A DNA stretch of 51,499 bases, the filler included, from Jimgerdemannia flammicorona (lineage: Eukaryota): NCBI GenBank assembly GCA_003990765.1. It is 2 parts of 2 records of this genome, joined end to end, with 100 filler letters (N's around TTAATTAATTAA, not from the genome) between each part and the next. Parts side by side here need not be neighbours in the genome. Positions count along the whole stretch, not along the records: positions 1 to 25,700 come from RBNJ01000802.1; positions 25,801 to 51,499 come from RBNJ01000803.1. One strand, given 5' to 3'. This document shows, one piece after another, positions 22,884 to 35,953 of the stretch; position 1 is the first letter of the stretch, and every line of letters begins with the position of its first letter. A model generated the notes under the pieces. It ran no database searches, had not been told where the DNA came from, and worked only from the letters and a program-made list of their open reading frames with translations. The translations under genes were made by a program, and so were the position numbers.

Positions 22884-25175
22884 ATGGCGCTGGCAGTGCC
22901 CGCAGCTTTAGCGACGCTTTTATTTCTTTATCTGACACCTCTCACGTTCGCCTTCGTATCGGACTCAATATCGGCTGACCAAACCATGCTGCAAGCTCCC
23001 ACAATCCGTTCGTTCGTCCCACAGCTCTGGGAGGTTCTGGGCCCCTTCCCGACGGGTATGAGAGAGCAGGACTTTGGCGCCGACCCGCTGGAAGCATTTG
23101 GTACATGTGCACACCAAAGCGTCTTTGTTAAGGTTGCGATATGCTCTCTCGGCATGTTTTTGTTGGCTTGCGAGGCTGAAACGTCCTTCACCGTTCGTGA
23201 CATCGTTTAGGGGGATTCGCCAACCTGCCGTTTTCTATCGTCGACAGGTATCCATCCGAGCTTGCCGATAACGGGACCGTCGGGTGGTTTACGATAAAGA
23301 CCGGCACGGATGGCAAGACCGTCGGGCCCATTCCTTTTAAAGGAGTCCGGTATGAAAACCTCACCAATATGTTGTCTGTTCCAAACCGGGGCCACCGGCC
23401 TTCTCTTCCGACGCCTCTCAACTAACCCCACGGCATCTCGCCACTCCCAAGTTGGTCCTTCAACCAACTCTCGCAAGGCTGGGCGGTGAACCAATTCCAA
23501 GCCTGGGCACGGTCGCGGATCGTCCTGGCGCGCGCTACAACCCTGCGCATCCAATGCACCAGTGTCGGCGACTTCCACGTCGGTGTGCGCCTGTTCTCGG
23601 GCGACTGGTATGGCTACGGTGTCACCGCGCACACGCTGCGACTCCCGGCGGGCAAGCATGAGTTCCGCGTGCGCATTGTAAATGAGATCAGAATATTCGG
23701 TGGTACTGTGCCGCCGACGATTGTGTTCCGATGCGAGATCGAGGAGGTGGCGGACGAGGTCAAGGCGTGCATGAGAGAGAAGGCGGTGGTAGTCCCGGAT
23801 GTAGTGGAGGGGGTGTTGGCTGGGAGATATGTTAGCGTGACGGTGGAGAATTTGAGAACCGAGGTGGGGAATGAAGGGTGGATGGATGTGGTCAGAGTCG
23901 AAGTCGATGGGAAGGATAGCGACTCTGTCAAGGTATTGATTTCTTCGTGTATCTTTGCTATTCTCATACTCCATCTTATGAACTTCCTTTGCCACACCTT
24001 TTCTTTCTTCTAGTTCTACGCCGTACCTGCACACCCGAATTCATTCCCACTCCGTCTTGCACCCTCCCAATCCCGCCCTCTCGTCCTCGAAATCAACTTC
24101 ACATCTTCCCCCCTATTCTCCTCAGGAACTACTCTCTCCACGCGACTCAAAATCTACCTCCGCTCCTCCGATGGCACCTCCACCGTCCTCTTCACTCCTC
24201 TTATACTCACGCGCAGGACGTGGGGCGAGGCGTTCAAATTCACATTCCTTGATTTCGACGGAACGGTACATTATGGTAGGAGGTCCTCTGTCGTCCTCCT
24301 TCACAAAGAAGCCACGATCATTCAATCATACATTTTTCATCCTTCCCAAATCGACAATACAAACTCCCAAAACGACCACAAAAGCAATGGCCATACCGCC
24401 GCGCAAGCTGTTCCGCCCGTCCACCGACAGTTCCATCCCACCACCCATCGTCGTCGCGCTGCACGGGGCCGGCGTGGAGGCTGAGTCGTCGTTTTGGACT
24501 GGCGCGTATCGGAGGCAGAAGGCGGCGTGGGTGAGTTTGACAGCCGTGGTTGGTGGTTGGTGGTTAGTAGAGGTGGGGTTGAAGAAGCTCTTGGTTACCA
24601 AAAGTCGCCAAATATGCTATTTCCCATTGTTGTCATCATGTTTACTAATCCACTTCTTCTGCAATAGATTCTTTACCCGACCGGCCGGACGCCCTGGTGA
24701 GTCATCCTCATTTTGGGCAGTTCGCGATGCCTATTGTCTTACTTTGTCTGGTATCTTTTTCCGATGAAAGGGGGTTCGACTGGCACGGCCCGAGCCATCT
24801 TAACGTGCAGTCGGCGTTGCGCGCATTGGTCAAAATGCCACAGGTGTTTGCAAAGTTGGAATTTGGGGGTGGATCGTGGGCGGTGGGAGAGGAGGGGAGG
24901 GTGATTTGCACCGGTATGTATTTCTCCCCTCCCCGGTTTACCATTCTTCATTACTGCATAGTCGCATCGTACAAATACCGATCGGCGTGAACTCATACCA
25001 TCTATTGATCATCGCTCCGCCGATTCTCGCATCCAGGGCATAGCAACGGTGGCCAGGGTGCATGGTACATGGCTAGCCATTTCCCAGACGCGGCAGTTGC
25101 AGGTATACATCATGTGGATTTGGCACGACTTTATCTTTGGTATCCTTCCTCTTTTAACTTTATAATGGTTACGGG

Positions 25176-25206
<31 letters not shown>

Positions 25207-25677
25207 TTGCCTGCGGCCGGGTACGTCAAGGTACAGGACTACGTACCTTTCAATCTGTGGGTTGGTAATGCGCACACAGATCCAATGATTCGGGGAGTGA
25301 GTACTCTCTCTCCCTCTCTCTTTTTGTTACGTAAATTCCATAAGCCCATAGCATGTGAAATTAAAACCAAGATTTGGAAAAATACTCTGTTATATGGCGC
25401 ACAACCTCTCCTTGCCACAGATCCTCGAATCCTCCATCACCGAATACAACAACGACTTGCACGCCTCTAACATGGTATGTGCGATGAATGTACGCTTCTT
25501 TGGATTGTGGTTAGGGGATTAGACGATTGGAAAGCTAACCCGTTACTCCGGTTATCATCAGGTTGGCATCCCCATCCTGGCTCGGCACGGCGGCGACGAT
25601 GACAATGTTCCACCGTGGCACTCGCGCAAGTACACGCGGTTAATCAACGAGCACGCGCACGACACGAGGGCTGCATC
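22884..25677 (+). CDS. Secreted alpha/beta-hydrolase (peptidase S9-like), multi-exon, truncated by the gap
   Basis: Signal peptide; VVALHGAGVEA; WGFDWHGPS; nucleophile elbow GHSNGGQGAW; ARHGGDDDNVPPWHSR. Confidence 0.8.
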
Positions 25678-25700
25678 GTACGTTTTTTTTTTTTTTTTTT

Positions 25701-25800
25701 NNNNNNNNNNNNNNNNNNNNNNNNNNNNNNNNNNNNNNNNNNNNTTAATTAATTAANNNNNNNNNNNNNNNNNNNNNNNNNNNNNNNNNNNNNNNNNNNN
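25701..25800. other. Assembly gap with artificial six-frame-stop linker TTAATTAATTAA (25745-25756)
   Basis: An N-run with an embedded palindromic linker. Base composition changes abruptly across it. Confidence 0.95.
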
Positions 25801-25818
25801 AAAAAAAAAAAAAAAAAA

Positions 25819-26580
25819 TCAGCATTCTAAGGTCCCAGCATCTAGGTTAGACCTTTCCAAAACCCCACATTTGTCTCTTATTTTGTAGAAGAGAACCTCA
25901 TAGATTGGAGAGCCCTAGATCTCCTGGCTTTCCCTACTACCAAACAAGATGATGTCACCCATGATGACATTATTCTACTAATTGGTGATATATATGAAAT
26001 AGATGATATGTTTGCTGACCTCATCTCCTTTGAAGATATCCTGTCCCCAACCTCTAGCCTTGATGATAGTGATGAAGATGAAGCCCCCATGGTTCTGAAC
26101 TTTCTGCTCTAAGTTCTTTATAATACTTAAATCTTCTGGTATCCTTTTTCTATATCATGTGAATCTTCAGATATCCTTTTCCTATACTACTAAAATCTAC
26201 TAACATTCTGAACTTATGCAACCATTTGTACAGATACTCGAATTTGTACTTATAACTAAAGTTTTCTATATTTTAGTATTTTATTTAGTTATTAGAATTT
26301 ATATTGAGCTTTATATCTTAGCAATTATTGAATTATATTTTGTATCAATATCACTCTTATTTTCTTTGAAATAAAGTCAGTCAAGTTCACTTATACTTAA
26401 TTCTGTGCAAGCAATCTAAGAGATAATAAGACAGTTTAAAGATAAGAAGTTTGAGAACTATAAGACCTTGAGAAGGTACTCCAATAAGAACTTGCTTATA
26501 ATAAACTTGTGGTTAGTCTAAGAGATATATCTTGAAGAGAATCTGATATATTTAAAGGACTCAGTGACCACTATATAACA
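25819..26580 (+). repeat. 5' LTR of element A (truncated by contig start)
   Basis: Direct repeat of 35177-35953. It ends ...TAACA, followed by a PBS-like TTAGTGCTC (decayed TGGTGCTC). Confidence 0.8.
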
Positions 26581-28799
26581 ACTTAGTGCTCATTGACTGG
26601 TGATTCAAGATAAATTCCTCACTTTCAAACTGGAAAATGAATAACTACTACAATAATTACCCTGACTACAAAAGTCACCCCCTGCAAGAATTTAAGATAA
26701 GATGGAAATATATCTCTCTACATTCTATCAATATACTACTAAAGAGTCAATCCTGATCTTTATTGAAGACTTTGAACAATTTGCCACTATATAAGCCCTT
26801 GTTATGGATGTACAATTGATCCTTCTATCAGTCAGCCTCAGAGGACCTGCTAGAGATAAGTTCAATATAGTCACCATTACTGATGCTAGTGCAGCCAAAC
26901 TCACCAATATGAAGAATTTCCTCAGAACTATATTTTATACTAAAGAGATCAAGCAAGCTCTCAAAGATTAACTCAATACTCTCTGTCAGAGATTTAGTGA
27001 AGATCCCAACTCATTCTATATCTGAATCTACCATCAGATTATCTTAGCTAGCTATGATGACTGCCTCAAGAAACAAATAGCTGATTCAATCTTTCTCAAA
27101 GAAGTTCACCCTGAAATTGCCCTAGCAATCTGGTCTACCCCAGCTGCTCTGACTCTTGACCAGAAAGTGGTCTTTGCACAGAGATATTGGACTGCTAGAC
27201 ACCCTGCCAAATACTCAATGGAGAAAATAACTAGTATTAAGATAGAGCTACAAAAGTCAACTAGTATTATACCTACTACAGTTATCAACAGATAACCATT
27301 CCCACCTACCCCCAAGGCAGCCAAAGCTAATCCAGGGGAGAAACTCACCAAGTAGTTTGCTGAGATGACTGCATATCTTGGTGATGTTGTTAGAGAAGTC
27401 TGAAGTATCAACAGAAGACCAGTATAGAGATTTGTAGTTACTATAGAAAAACACAATATCACATACTTCAGATGTAGAGAAGAAGACCACTATGCAAAGA
27501 GTTGCATAACTGAAATAAGATATAAAGTCCAACTAAGCAATGCTACCAGAACCAGAGAACAAACCAATGTAGTAGTCATTGAGGAGATTGGTGATACTGA
27601 TGATGAAGAATACTATGAGAAGTCTGAATTATACCCTATTACTGAAGGTACCAGAACCTGGTCTAAGCTCTATGATAAGAAGGATAACAGTAAGTCAGTT
27701 GGAAGACCAAAGAATACCCCAGCTGTCACTATTCAAAACAAGATTCAACTTAAGGATATTGATCAAGTCATAGAGTTAGATGAAGCTGCCCACCAAATTA
27801 TTGAAGATACTACCCCAGTCTCGATAGAAAGTGAAAGCAAGAAAGAACAGAAGCTGTGCAAGACCAAGATCTATCAGTATGATATCTACAAGGATCTCAA
27901 GAAACAGAAGGTCAATGCTACTTTTAGACAGCTAGCTGAAGTTCCTGCCTTCAAACAGCAGTTAAGAGTAGGACTTACAACTACTATCAAGAACTAAGAG
28001 TATAAGATCATAGAAGCTCACAATGCACAAGAAGAATCTGAGAACTCAGATGAAGAATCTGAAGACTAGTGCAAAACATCTGCCTATTCCCCATGTCAGA
28101 TTGAAGATTATATATATCTTTGATACTATCATTGATACCAGTGTTGGAAGATACCTCATGAGCGAGAAGATAATTGACTGCCTAGGCTGGGACATTGAAG
28201 AGTCTACTAAAATGGTCGATATTACAGCAGATAGTATACAAGCTACCCCCTTAGGCAAAATCCAAAAAGTCTCATTCAAGATTAGAGGAGCTATTATCCC
28301 AGTAGATGTGATTGTTACAAGTATTACCAACTATGATATTCTCATTGACAACCAATGGCTTTACAAGGCCAAGGCTATCATTGACCTTAATGCCCAGAAG
28401 ATATAGATTAACTATAGAGAAAGAAAGGTATGAGTCTCTATCAATATCTATAAAGAAGTACCATCAGACATAAAGGAAGAAGATGAAGAGAACACAGAAG
28501 TCTTCATACACTCAGCATATAAGAACAAGAACAAGAACAAGACACTCAAGCTCACAGATGAGCAGTAGTACAATAAGATCATTGATGGCTATGCCTCTCA
28601 AGAAAGATGCCCCCATGATACTAGGATGTACTGCTCTGAATACCTGAATGACTACTGGTCCTGTATCAGTGAAGTTAGAAAAATCCATCTACAAATGTAT
28701 AAGCAAGAAGCTGCTGAAGTAAAAAAGAAAGCTGAAGAAGATGACCAGCCTCCAGAGCTTCAAGCTAATAGTGATGATGAGGAGGAATGAGAACTAGAC

Positions 28800-29147
28800 A
28801 TCACTCTCAAGGTCAAGTTTCATCCTGAAGCCAAGAACCCAGAATACAAGACTGAAGGAGCCATAGAAATAGACCTTGCCAGTATTTAGGATACTATCCT
28901 CAAACTACAGACCACTACTCTACTTGGTACTGAAATTGGAATCAGGTTGTCAGAGAACTATGCCAGAATTATCAAGACTAGGAGCAGTCTGGCTAAGAGT
29001 GAAATCTCAGTTGAAGGAAGAGTTATTAACCCTAATTATACTGGTGAGATCTTTCTCATAGTTAGGAATCACAACCCCACCACTCCATTCAAAGTCAAGA
29101 AGCATAACAGAATTGGCCAGATACTGATCCATAAAGTCAATCCATAA
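28800..29147 (+). pseudogene. dUTPase domain of element A, between protease and RT
   Basis: EGAIEIDL, KTRSSLAK, EGRVINPNYTGEI and HNRIGQILI are decayed dUTPase motifs 1-4. Confidence 0.85.
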
Positions 29148-30687
29148 AAAAAAAAAAAAAAAAACAAAAAAAAAAAAAAAAAAAAAAGATTCATAAAGTC
29201 TAGAAGCCTAAGATCACTGAAGACTTTGAACTCATCAAGACTAAGAGAAGAGAACAAGACTTTGGATCTACTAGAAGAGGAGTCTATGCTGTCACCAAGA
29301 TTACTAAACTTGAGCATAAGAAAAACAAGGACCAGAATAAGCATACATATACCATTGGAGAAAACTTTCCTCTAGAAGAACAACTTCTTAAGATCCTGCA
29401 CCAGAATGAAGAAGTACTTTCCACAGACTTCAGGGACATCTATAATCAAGAATCTAAGTATGTACTATCATAAAGTTGATACTGGTGATACCAAGCCTAT
29501 CTACCAGAAAGCCAGACCTATACCACCTGCCAACAGAGAATAGCTGTGAGCAGAACTTAAGGAAATGGAAGAAGCTAGAATCATCAAGTAAGCTATCAGC
29601 CTCTGGGCTTCAACCATTGTCCTCACCCCAAAGAAAGAAAGCAAGTCTGGAGAGTTTGCCTCAAGACTCTATATTGATTACAGAAAGCTCAATATAATCA
29701 CCAAGAAGGATAGACAGCTCTTGCCAAATATTCAACACTCTTAAAAGTGAAGCCAAATACTATACTACTTTGGATCTATTCTCAGGCTTCTATCAGATTG
29801 GTCTCACTCAAGACACTACTGAGAAATCAGTCTTCATCATACCTGATGTCACCTATTTCTACCTGCAAATGCTATTTGGAATGTACAATACTCTAGCAAG
29901 TTTTCAGCAAATGATGAACAGAGTCTTTAGCAATGAGATTGGAAAATAGCTCTTTGTCTATGTTGATGATGTGATCATCTTCAGCAATACTATATGAGAA
30001 TATATCAATCATATACAGCTAGCTCTCAAGAAGCTCAAGAAGCATGACCTCTACATCAAACTCAAGAAGTATAAGTTTATAGCTTAAGAAATCACTTACC
30101 TAGGACACATTATCAATCAGACTGAAATTCATATGGACTCTATGAAGATTGAGGCTGTTGCAGCCTATTCAAGACCAAGAACAATTACAGAAGTCCATGC
30201 CTTCCTTGGACTGATCTCCTACTATAGAAGATTTATCATAGGATACTCCAATATTATAGCACCTATCTACAAGCTACTGAAGAAGAAGACCAAATTTGAA
30301 TGAACCAAGAAATATCAAGAAACCTTCAATAAACTCAAGACCAGGTTAATCCAAGCACCCATCCTTAGAAGACCAGATTGGAACCTAGAGTTCATCTTGC
30401 AGAAGATACAAGTACTATAAAACCTGGAGCTATACTATCTCAGAAGAAAGATGGACATGAATATGTTATCTCCTATGCAAGCCAAGGTAGAACAGAACTA
30501 TGAGTCATGCAAGCTTAGATGCTTAGCAGTAGTCTGGATAGTGGATAAGTTTCACTACTATCTAGCTGAGAAATACTTCACTATTCAAACAGACCACTCT
30601 GTTCTTGCCTAACTATTCCACACTCTGAACTCCAAAGAAATATATACTAGATGGATCTACAGACTACAAGAGTATAACTATACTATC

Positions 30688-32749
30688 TGTAAGCGCACAA
30701 CCTCCAAGCCACCGAAATTATATGTCACCCTCTGAACAAGCCACTGAAATCACACACGACCTCCAAACAAATCTGGAAATCACCTGCTTGATCACAAAGC
30801 TGAGTCAAACCGAAGTCACAGCATACAAAGCTGAGTCAATATGAAGTCACGGAACACAAGATCTACACAAACGGAACCTTACCAATCAGGACCAAATGCA
30901 TATATACTGAGCACCGAGATGCGTCGAATCAGAGAACCAAAACAAACAACAACCACAACTTCCAAACACACAAACATGACCACTGAGATCTACAACCGCA
31001 TCTGCACTGACATTTGGAATGCCATTGTCAACTGAGCCACACCCCCTCTGCCTCTCATGAATATCCATAGCCTGGCACCCCTCTACTTCGTGGAAGCCCG
31101 ATGGAACGCCCTGAACATGCTTAGCGAGGCCCACCGAATCGGACAAATCTCAAGCTACTACCAGATCGGCTGCCTCCTGGAAGACATGGTTGAACACCAC
31201 CATGATACAGACATTACCCAGATGTCTCAACACCAGAAGCTCATTGCCCGCAAACATCGAGAACTCTTCTATGAATACAACACCTTTATCCCCCGCCTCC
31301 GAGTCACTACCAGCGAAATGGTTGCTACCCTGTCCTATGGCCAAATCGACGACATGATACAAGAAATCAACCACAAGTACCTTGAGTATGTCGAAACTAC
31401 AGACAGAACCTTCCCGCACCCTGATGACCACATTCTGCAAATGCCTCAAGTCGGATACGCCATGAAGGACGTCTACGATATAATCCACTTTGATGAAGAC
31501 GAAGCAGAAGACAATGACCCCTCTGACGCCGATATGACCTCTAGCCAAGAATCTCTGCCAACCCTGATCACTCTGCCAACCTTGCCGATGAACTTACAAC
31601 AGTTCATAACCACATACGAGACTTAATGGAACAATGACCACTGGCACGAATACCAACCCGCGTTCACCCCTGACTACTTCAACTACAATGAAGAGACCAG
31701 AGAACACAACCTGTACCTTCAGACAACTCTTGAGATTGAACCAACCACTCCACCACCCGAGTACGAGCAACTTGAATCACAGCCGCCAGCTTACTACAAC
31801 CCTGCAACTCATAGTGCTGTAACCTATAGAAGGTATGCAGACAGTGAATCTGATGAAAGCGAAGACAGTACACCCATCCTTCGCCCACCAACACCTTACC
31901 CAGCATATGAAACAGACGATGCTATCCTGTGGGACGGAGATGAAGTCCCAATGTATTACTACCTCAGCCAACAAGGAGAAGTAATCCACGAACCATTATT
32001 CCTAGACGACTACTTCATCAGAGATGATGCAATCGATGGTGATATCATCGAAGACTACCCAGATAGTGCCTAAACCTATAAATAGTCTAGCAGTCATAGT
32101 ATAGTTAGATTAGCCTTGTACGATGTGACTGTGAACTGACTCAGCAGTCAGACGATCTCTTGACATATCAGATCACACTTGTACTATGTGACTGCATTCT
32201 GACTCAGCAAGGCACTTAGTGCTACATCCATATTCAGCATAGTCCAGATAGCCCCTCACTAGTATAAATACCCCCTCCCCCAGACCTCAGAATCTCAGAC
32301 TCAAACACACAAGAACATTCCTGAATACTTCTCCACAATATCCCTTTACACAACTACTCCTAGTATAGCAATATCATGAATAGCGAATAAACCTATTTCA
32401 TAACCCACAAACCACTCTTAAGTAAATCCACTCCCTGTTAGGTCCTACTCCTAACCCTGTTACGATATCTCCTAATTGGGTATTGTCTGCAGCGATACGC
32501 CGATTCAACTAAGCTGGTCTTAGTTTCTTGAACTTCCTGAAATACGGAAAATTCTGAACATCCAGAACTAGTCTGAGAAAGGACTTTGGTTGAGATGTCA
32601 ACCCGATCTTGAAATCAATAAGCGTAGAGGACATACTCCATACGAAATTGATCTTGACCATAAGAAAACGGTCTTCCAGAACATCCAGAATATCCAGAAA
32701 ACTCTTCTAGAACTATGTAACGGTTACCCTAAAAAGTAACCCTCTTACA
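30688..32749 (+). mobile_element. 2062-bp solo LTR of a third family, inserted in the RNase H of element A
   Basis: Ends TGTAAG...CTTACA. 5-bp TSD CTATC at 30683-30687 and 32750-32754. Removing it restores EYNYTI|KYYLGRTNANADILSR. TATAAAT at 32263, AATAAA at 32386. Confidence 0.92.
30976..32073 (+). pseudogene. 365-codon accessory ORF inside the solo LTR (two in-frame stops)
   Basis: One frame from ATG 30976 to TAA 32071-32073. It is broken only by TGA 31033 (likely from CGA) and TAA 31624 (likely from CAA). Confidence 0.8.
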
Positions 32750-34387
32750 CTATCAAGTACTACTTAGGAAGAACCAATGCTAATGCTGATATACTCTCAA
32801 GAATATCCTGAAACACTCTCATCAAGACTATTCAACATAAATAAGAAGCTATACTATGGATTAATCAGCTATCTTGAGCAGTAGAAGATGTCCAACCACC
32901 TTAAACCATGGACTATCACTATTATCAATTGGACTTAGAAACAATTTGAACTAGACAATACTATACTCAGAAAAGGAGAAAAGCTCATAATATCCAAACA
33001 TAAGAAGTATCAAGTAATGAAGAAAGTATATGAACAAGGATACCTAGGAGGAACTAACATATATAAGAACTATATAGTGATCTAAGATAGAAGAAGACCT
33101 GTGCCAATTTATCAAAGAGTATGACAAGTGTCAAAAATAGAAATAAGATCAGTAAGACCAGGCACCTAGGTCATCAAGAATTGAGTCTATTCTCTTCCAC
33201 TATATCACAATAGATATCATTGGACTACTACCAGTAATACTATCATGAAAATACTACATTATAGTTATTATAGATATCTTTACTAAATAGATAGAAGTAG
33301 GAGCATTACAAGAAGTCAATGCTCTCTCTATAGCTGACTTCCTGCACCAAGAAATCATCTGCCACTATAAGACACCAAGGCAAATCACCACAGACCACAG
33401 TACAGAATTTGTCAATGAATTCTCTGAGATAATATATCAGAAATATAAGATTCAGCATATCAAGACCACCATGTACCACTCTTAAGGAAATAGATAGACA
33501 GAAAGAATTAATAAGACCTTTAAGAACATCCTGACAAAGATCTCAGACACATATGACAATTGGAATAACTACCTCCCAACTGCTCTCTCTGTCCTATGAG
33601 ATATATGATCACAGAGTACACACTTTACCCCAAGAGAACTGCTCTTCAGAGAAGAAAATTCTGATGGAACTTCAGCTACAAATCTAGACCTAACTTGGAG
33701 ATAGATGAACTCAGAAATCTGGAGACTATACTAAATTAAGAAGAAGGCTGAAGATTACATCATCAAGTTATAAGCACTGATAAAGAAGAATATAGAAAAG
33801 AATCACAAGACTCTAGAATTCATCCAAATTGGAGAAAAGCTTCTACTGTATCAAAATATAATAGAAGTCTCATAGTCATGAAAACTGGAGCCCAAATGGG
33901 AAGAACTCTTCTATGTGTGAGATATTAAGGAAACTCCCTTCTGGTTTAGAAAACTCTCAGAGACCATACTGCCTACTATAGTATATAGGAACAGACTCAA
34001 GAAATGCCATGAACCTATATAAGAAAAGTAAAACATAATGACTACCCACAAGGTTCTAGTCTGTGAATTGTAACAGTATGTCTTATAATCAGTGGGCAAT
34101 CTATCTGGACTATTATTTAAGAAATATGGTACTAACAACTACTCATCTGTGAGACTTTCAAAGTCAGAGGAGTTCAAACCATCAACTGATTGATCAAGAT
34201 CAGAATCAGGCCCTTGCTCTATATGAAGAGAGTAACCATTCACCATTATGCCAAAATACATAAAAAAGATACCAGCTCATAAATACCACTTTTCAATACT
34301 CTGCCAGAGATTATAGGATTATCAAATTTTTCAGACTAGACCAATAAATAAGAATGTTCAAAAGAAGATTCTTATTTAGAAGGAAGA

Positions 34388-35953
34388 TATAATAGTGACC
34401 TCAGAATGATAACATCATCACAGAAGACAGTCTTTCCTTACAAGCCACTAGATCAGAGTATAAGAAGATCATATAGCATAAATTACCTGGGCTACAAGAT
34501 GAGTAATGGTGACCAATCCTGAGTCATCATGATCACAAGACAGATATCTTGAGGAATATAAAAGAAGGACCAAGCAACTATAGTAGCAGTAACTCAAACA
34601 AGGCTCATAGAAATAGTTCAAAAGACTTACCACAAACAAAATACCTGCCACTCACCAAACCTCAAGATCTAGGAACTACCAAGGCTTCTAAGTCTAGAAA
34701 AGAATATTCTAAGATATCAGAAGAACTATGAGGATCTGTATAAGAAGAACTCCTAGTCTCAACCTAGGTACTGGTGACCCTTATCACTTTATTCTCTACT
34801 GCTGTAAAATGGAAACAAGGATCACTATTACTACCAAGTATCTCTGAATAGGGCAGGAATATAAAATAGAAAATCTCCTCTATTGGGAATTCCCTCAAAC
34901 TTATCCCCAAGAGATATATGTAAGATACTACTTCTATGGATATATATAAAATAAGAATAGCCAAGAAGATTCATCAGATCTTCAGATATATATAATGGTC
35001 AATCCCAAACTTAGAGTATACTAGAGTCTTGGACTTCTAGAAATTATCAGCCTATCATACTAATATATAAGAGGCCATGGTGGCCACAGAAGTCCAGTCC
35101 ACTATTACTCTCAATAGTAATGAACTGGAATCCCATCCTTTAGAACAATCTGGATCAATTTCTACAAGGATTGATCTCAGCATTCTAAGGGCCCAGTATC
35201 CAGGATAGACATCTCCAAAACCCCACATTTGTTTCTTATTTTATAGAAGAGAATCTCATAGATTGGAGGGCCCCAGATCTCCTTGCTTTCTCCACTACAA
35301 AATAAGATAACATTATCTGCAATAACATCATCAGTGATGACATCATTCTGCTAATTGGCAATATATGTGAAATGGATAAAATGTTTGCTGATCTCATCTC
35401 CTTCAAAGACATCCTGTCCCTGATCTCTAGCCTTGATGATAGTGATGAAGATGAAGCCCCCATAGTCCTGAACTTCCTACTCTAAGTTCTTTGTAATACT
35501 TAAATTTTCTGACATCTTTTTTCTATAACATCTGAATCTTTGAACACTCTTTTTCTGTACTACTGAAATCTACTGATACTCTGAACTTATACAACTATTT
35601 GTACAGGTACTCAAATTTATACTTACAACTAAAGTTTTCTGTATTTCAGTATTTTATTTAGTTATTAGAATTTATATTTAGCTTTATATCTTAGCAACTA
35701 TTGAATTATATTTTGTATAAATACTCCTCTTATTTCTTTTGAAATAAAGTCAGTCAAATTCACTTACACTCAATTCTATATAAGTAATCTAAGAGATAAC
35801 AAGACAGTTTAAAAATAAGAAGTTTGAGGACTATAAGACCTTAAGAAGATACTCCAATAAGAACTTGCTTATAACAAACTTGTGGTTAGTCTAAGAGATA
35901 TACCTTGAAGAGAATCTGATATATTTAAAGGACTCAGCAACTACTATGTGATA
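34388..35953 (+). repeat. 3' LTR of element A (~1.57 kb) containing a decayed accessory ORF (~34506-35485)
   Basis: Purine tract AGAAGGAAGA, then TATAATAGTG (decayed TGTAATAGTG), an imperfect inverted match to the LTR end CACTAT..ACA. The 5' boundary is inferred. Confidence 0.6.

Larger units (their letters stand above)
25819..35953 (+). mobile_element. Degenerate Ty3/Gypsy element A: partial 5'LTR, gag, PR, dUTPase, RT, RNase H, INT, 3'LTR
   Basis: 25819-26580 repeats 35177-35953. Decayed CCHC knuckle ~27460-27505; protease IIDTS ~28130; RT YVDD ~29960; RNase H TDHS..L and NADILSR; integrase 33000-34030. Many stops. Confidence 0.9.

Noticed and set aside
29146..29188. Poly(A) run cutting the dUTPase of element A
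   Set aside because: No TSD visible. Similar long homopolymers occur throughout the window and may be assembly artefacts.
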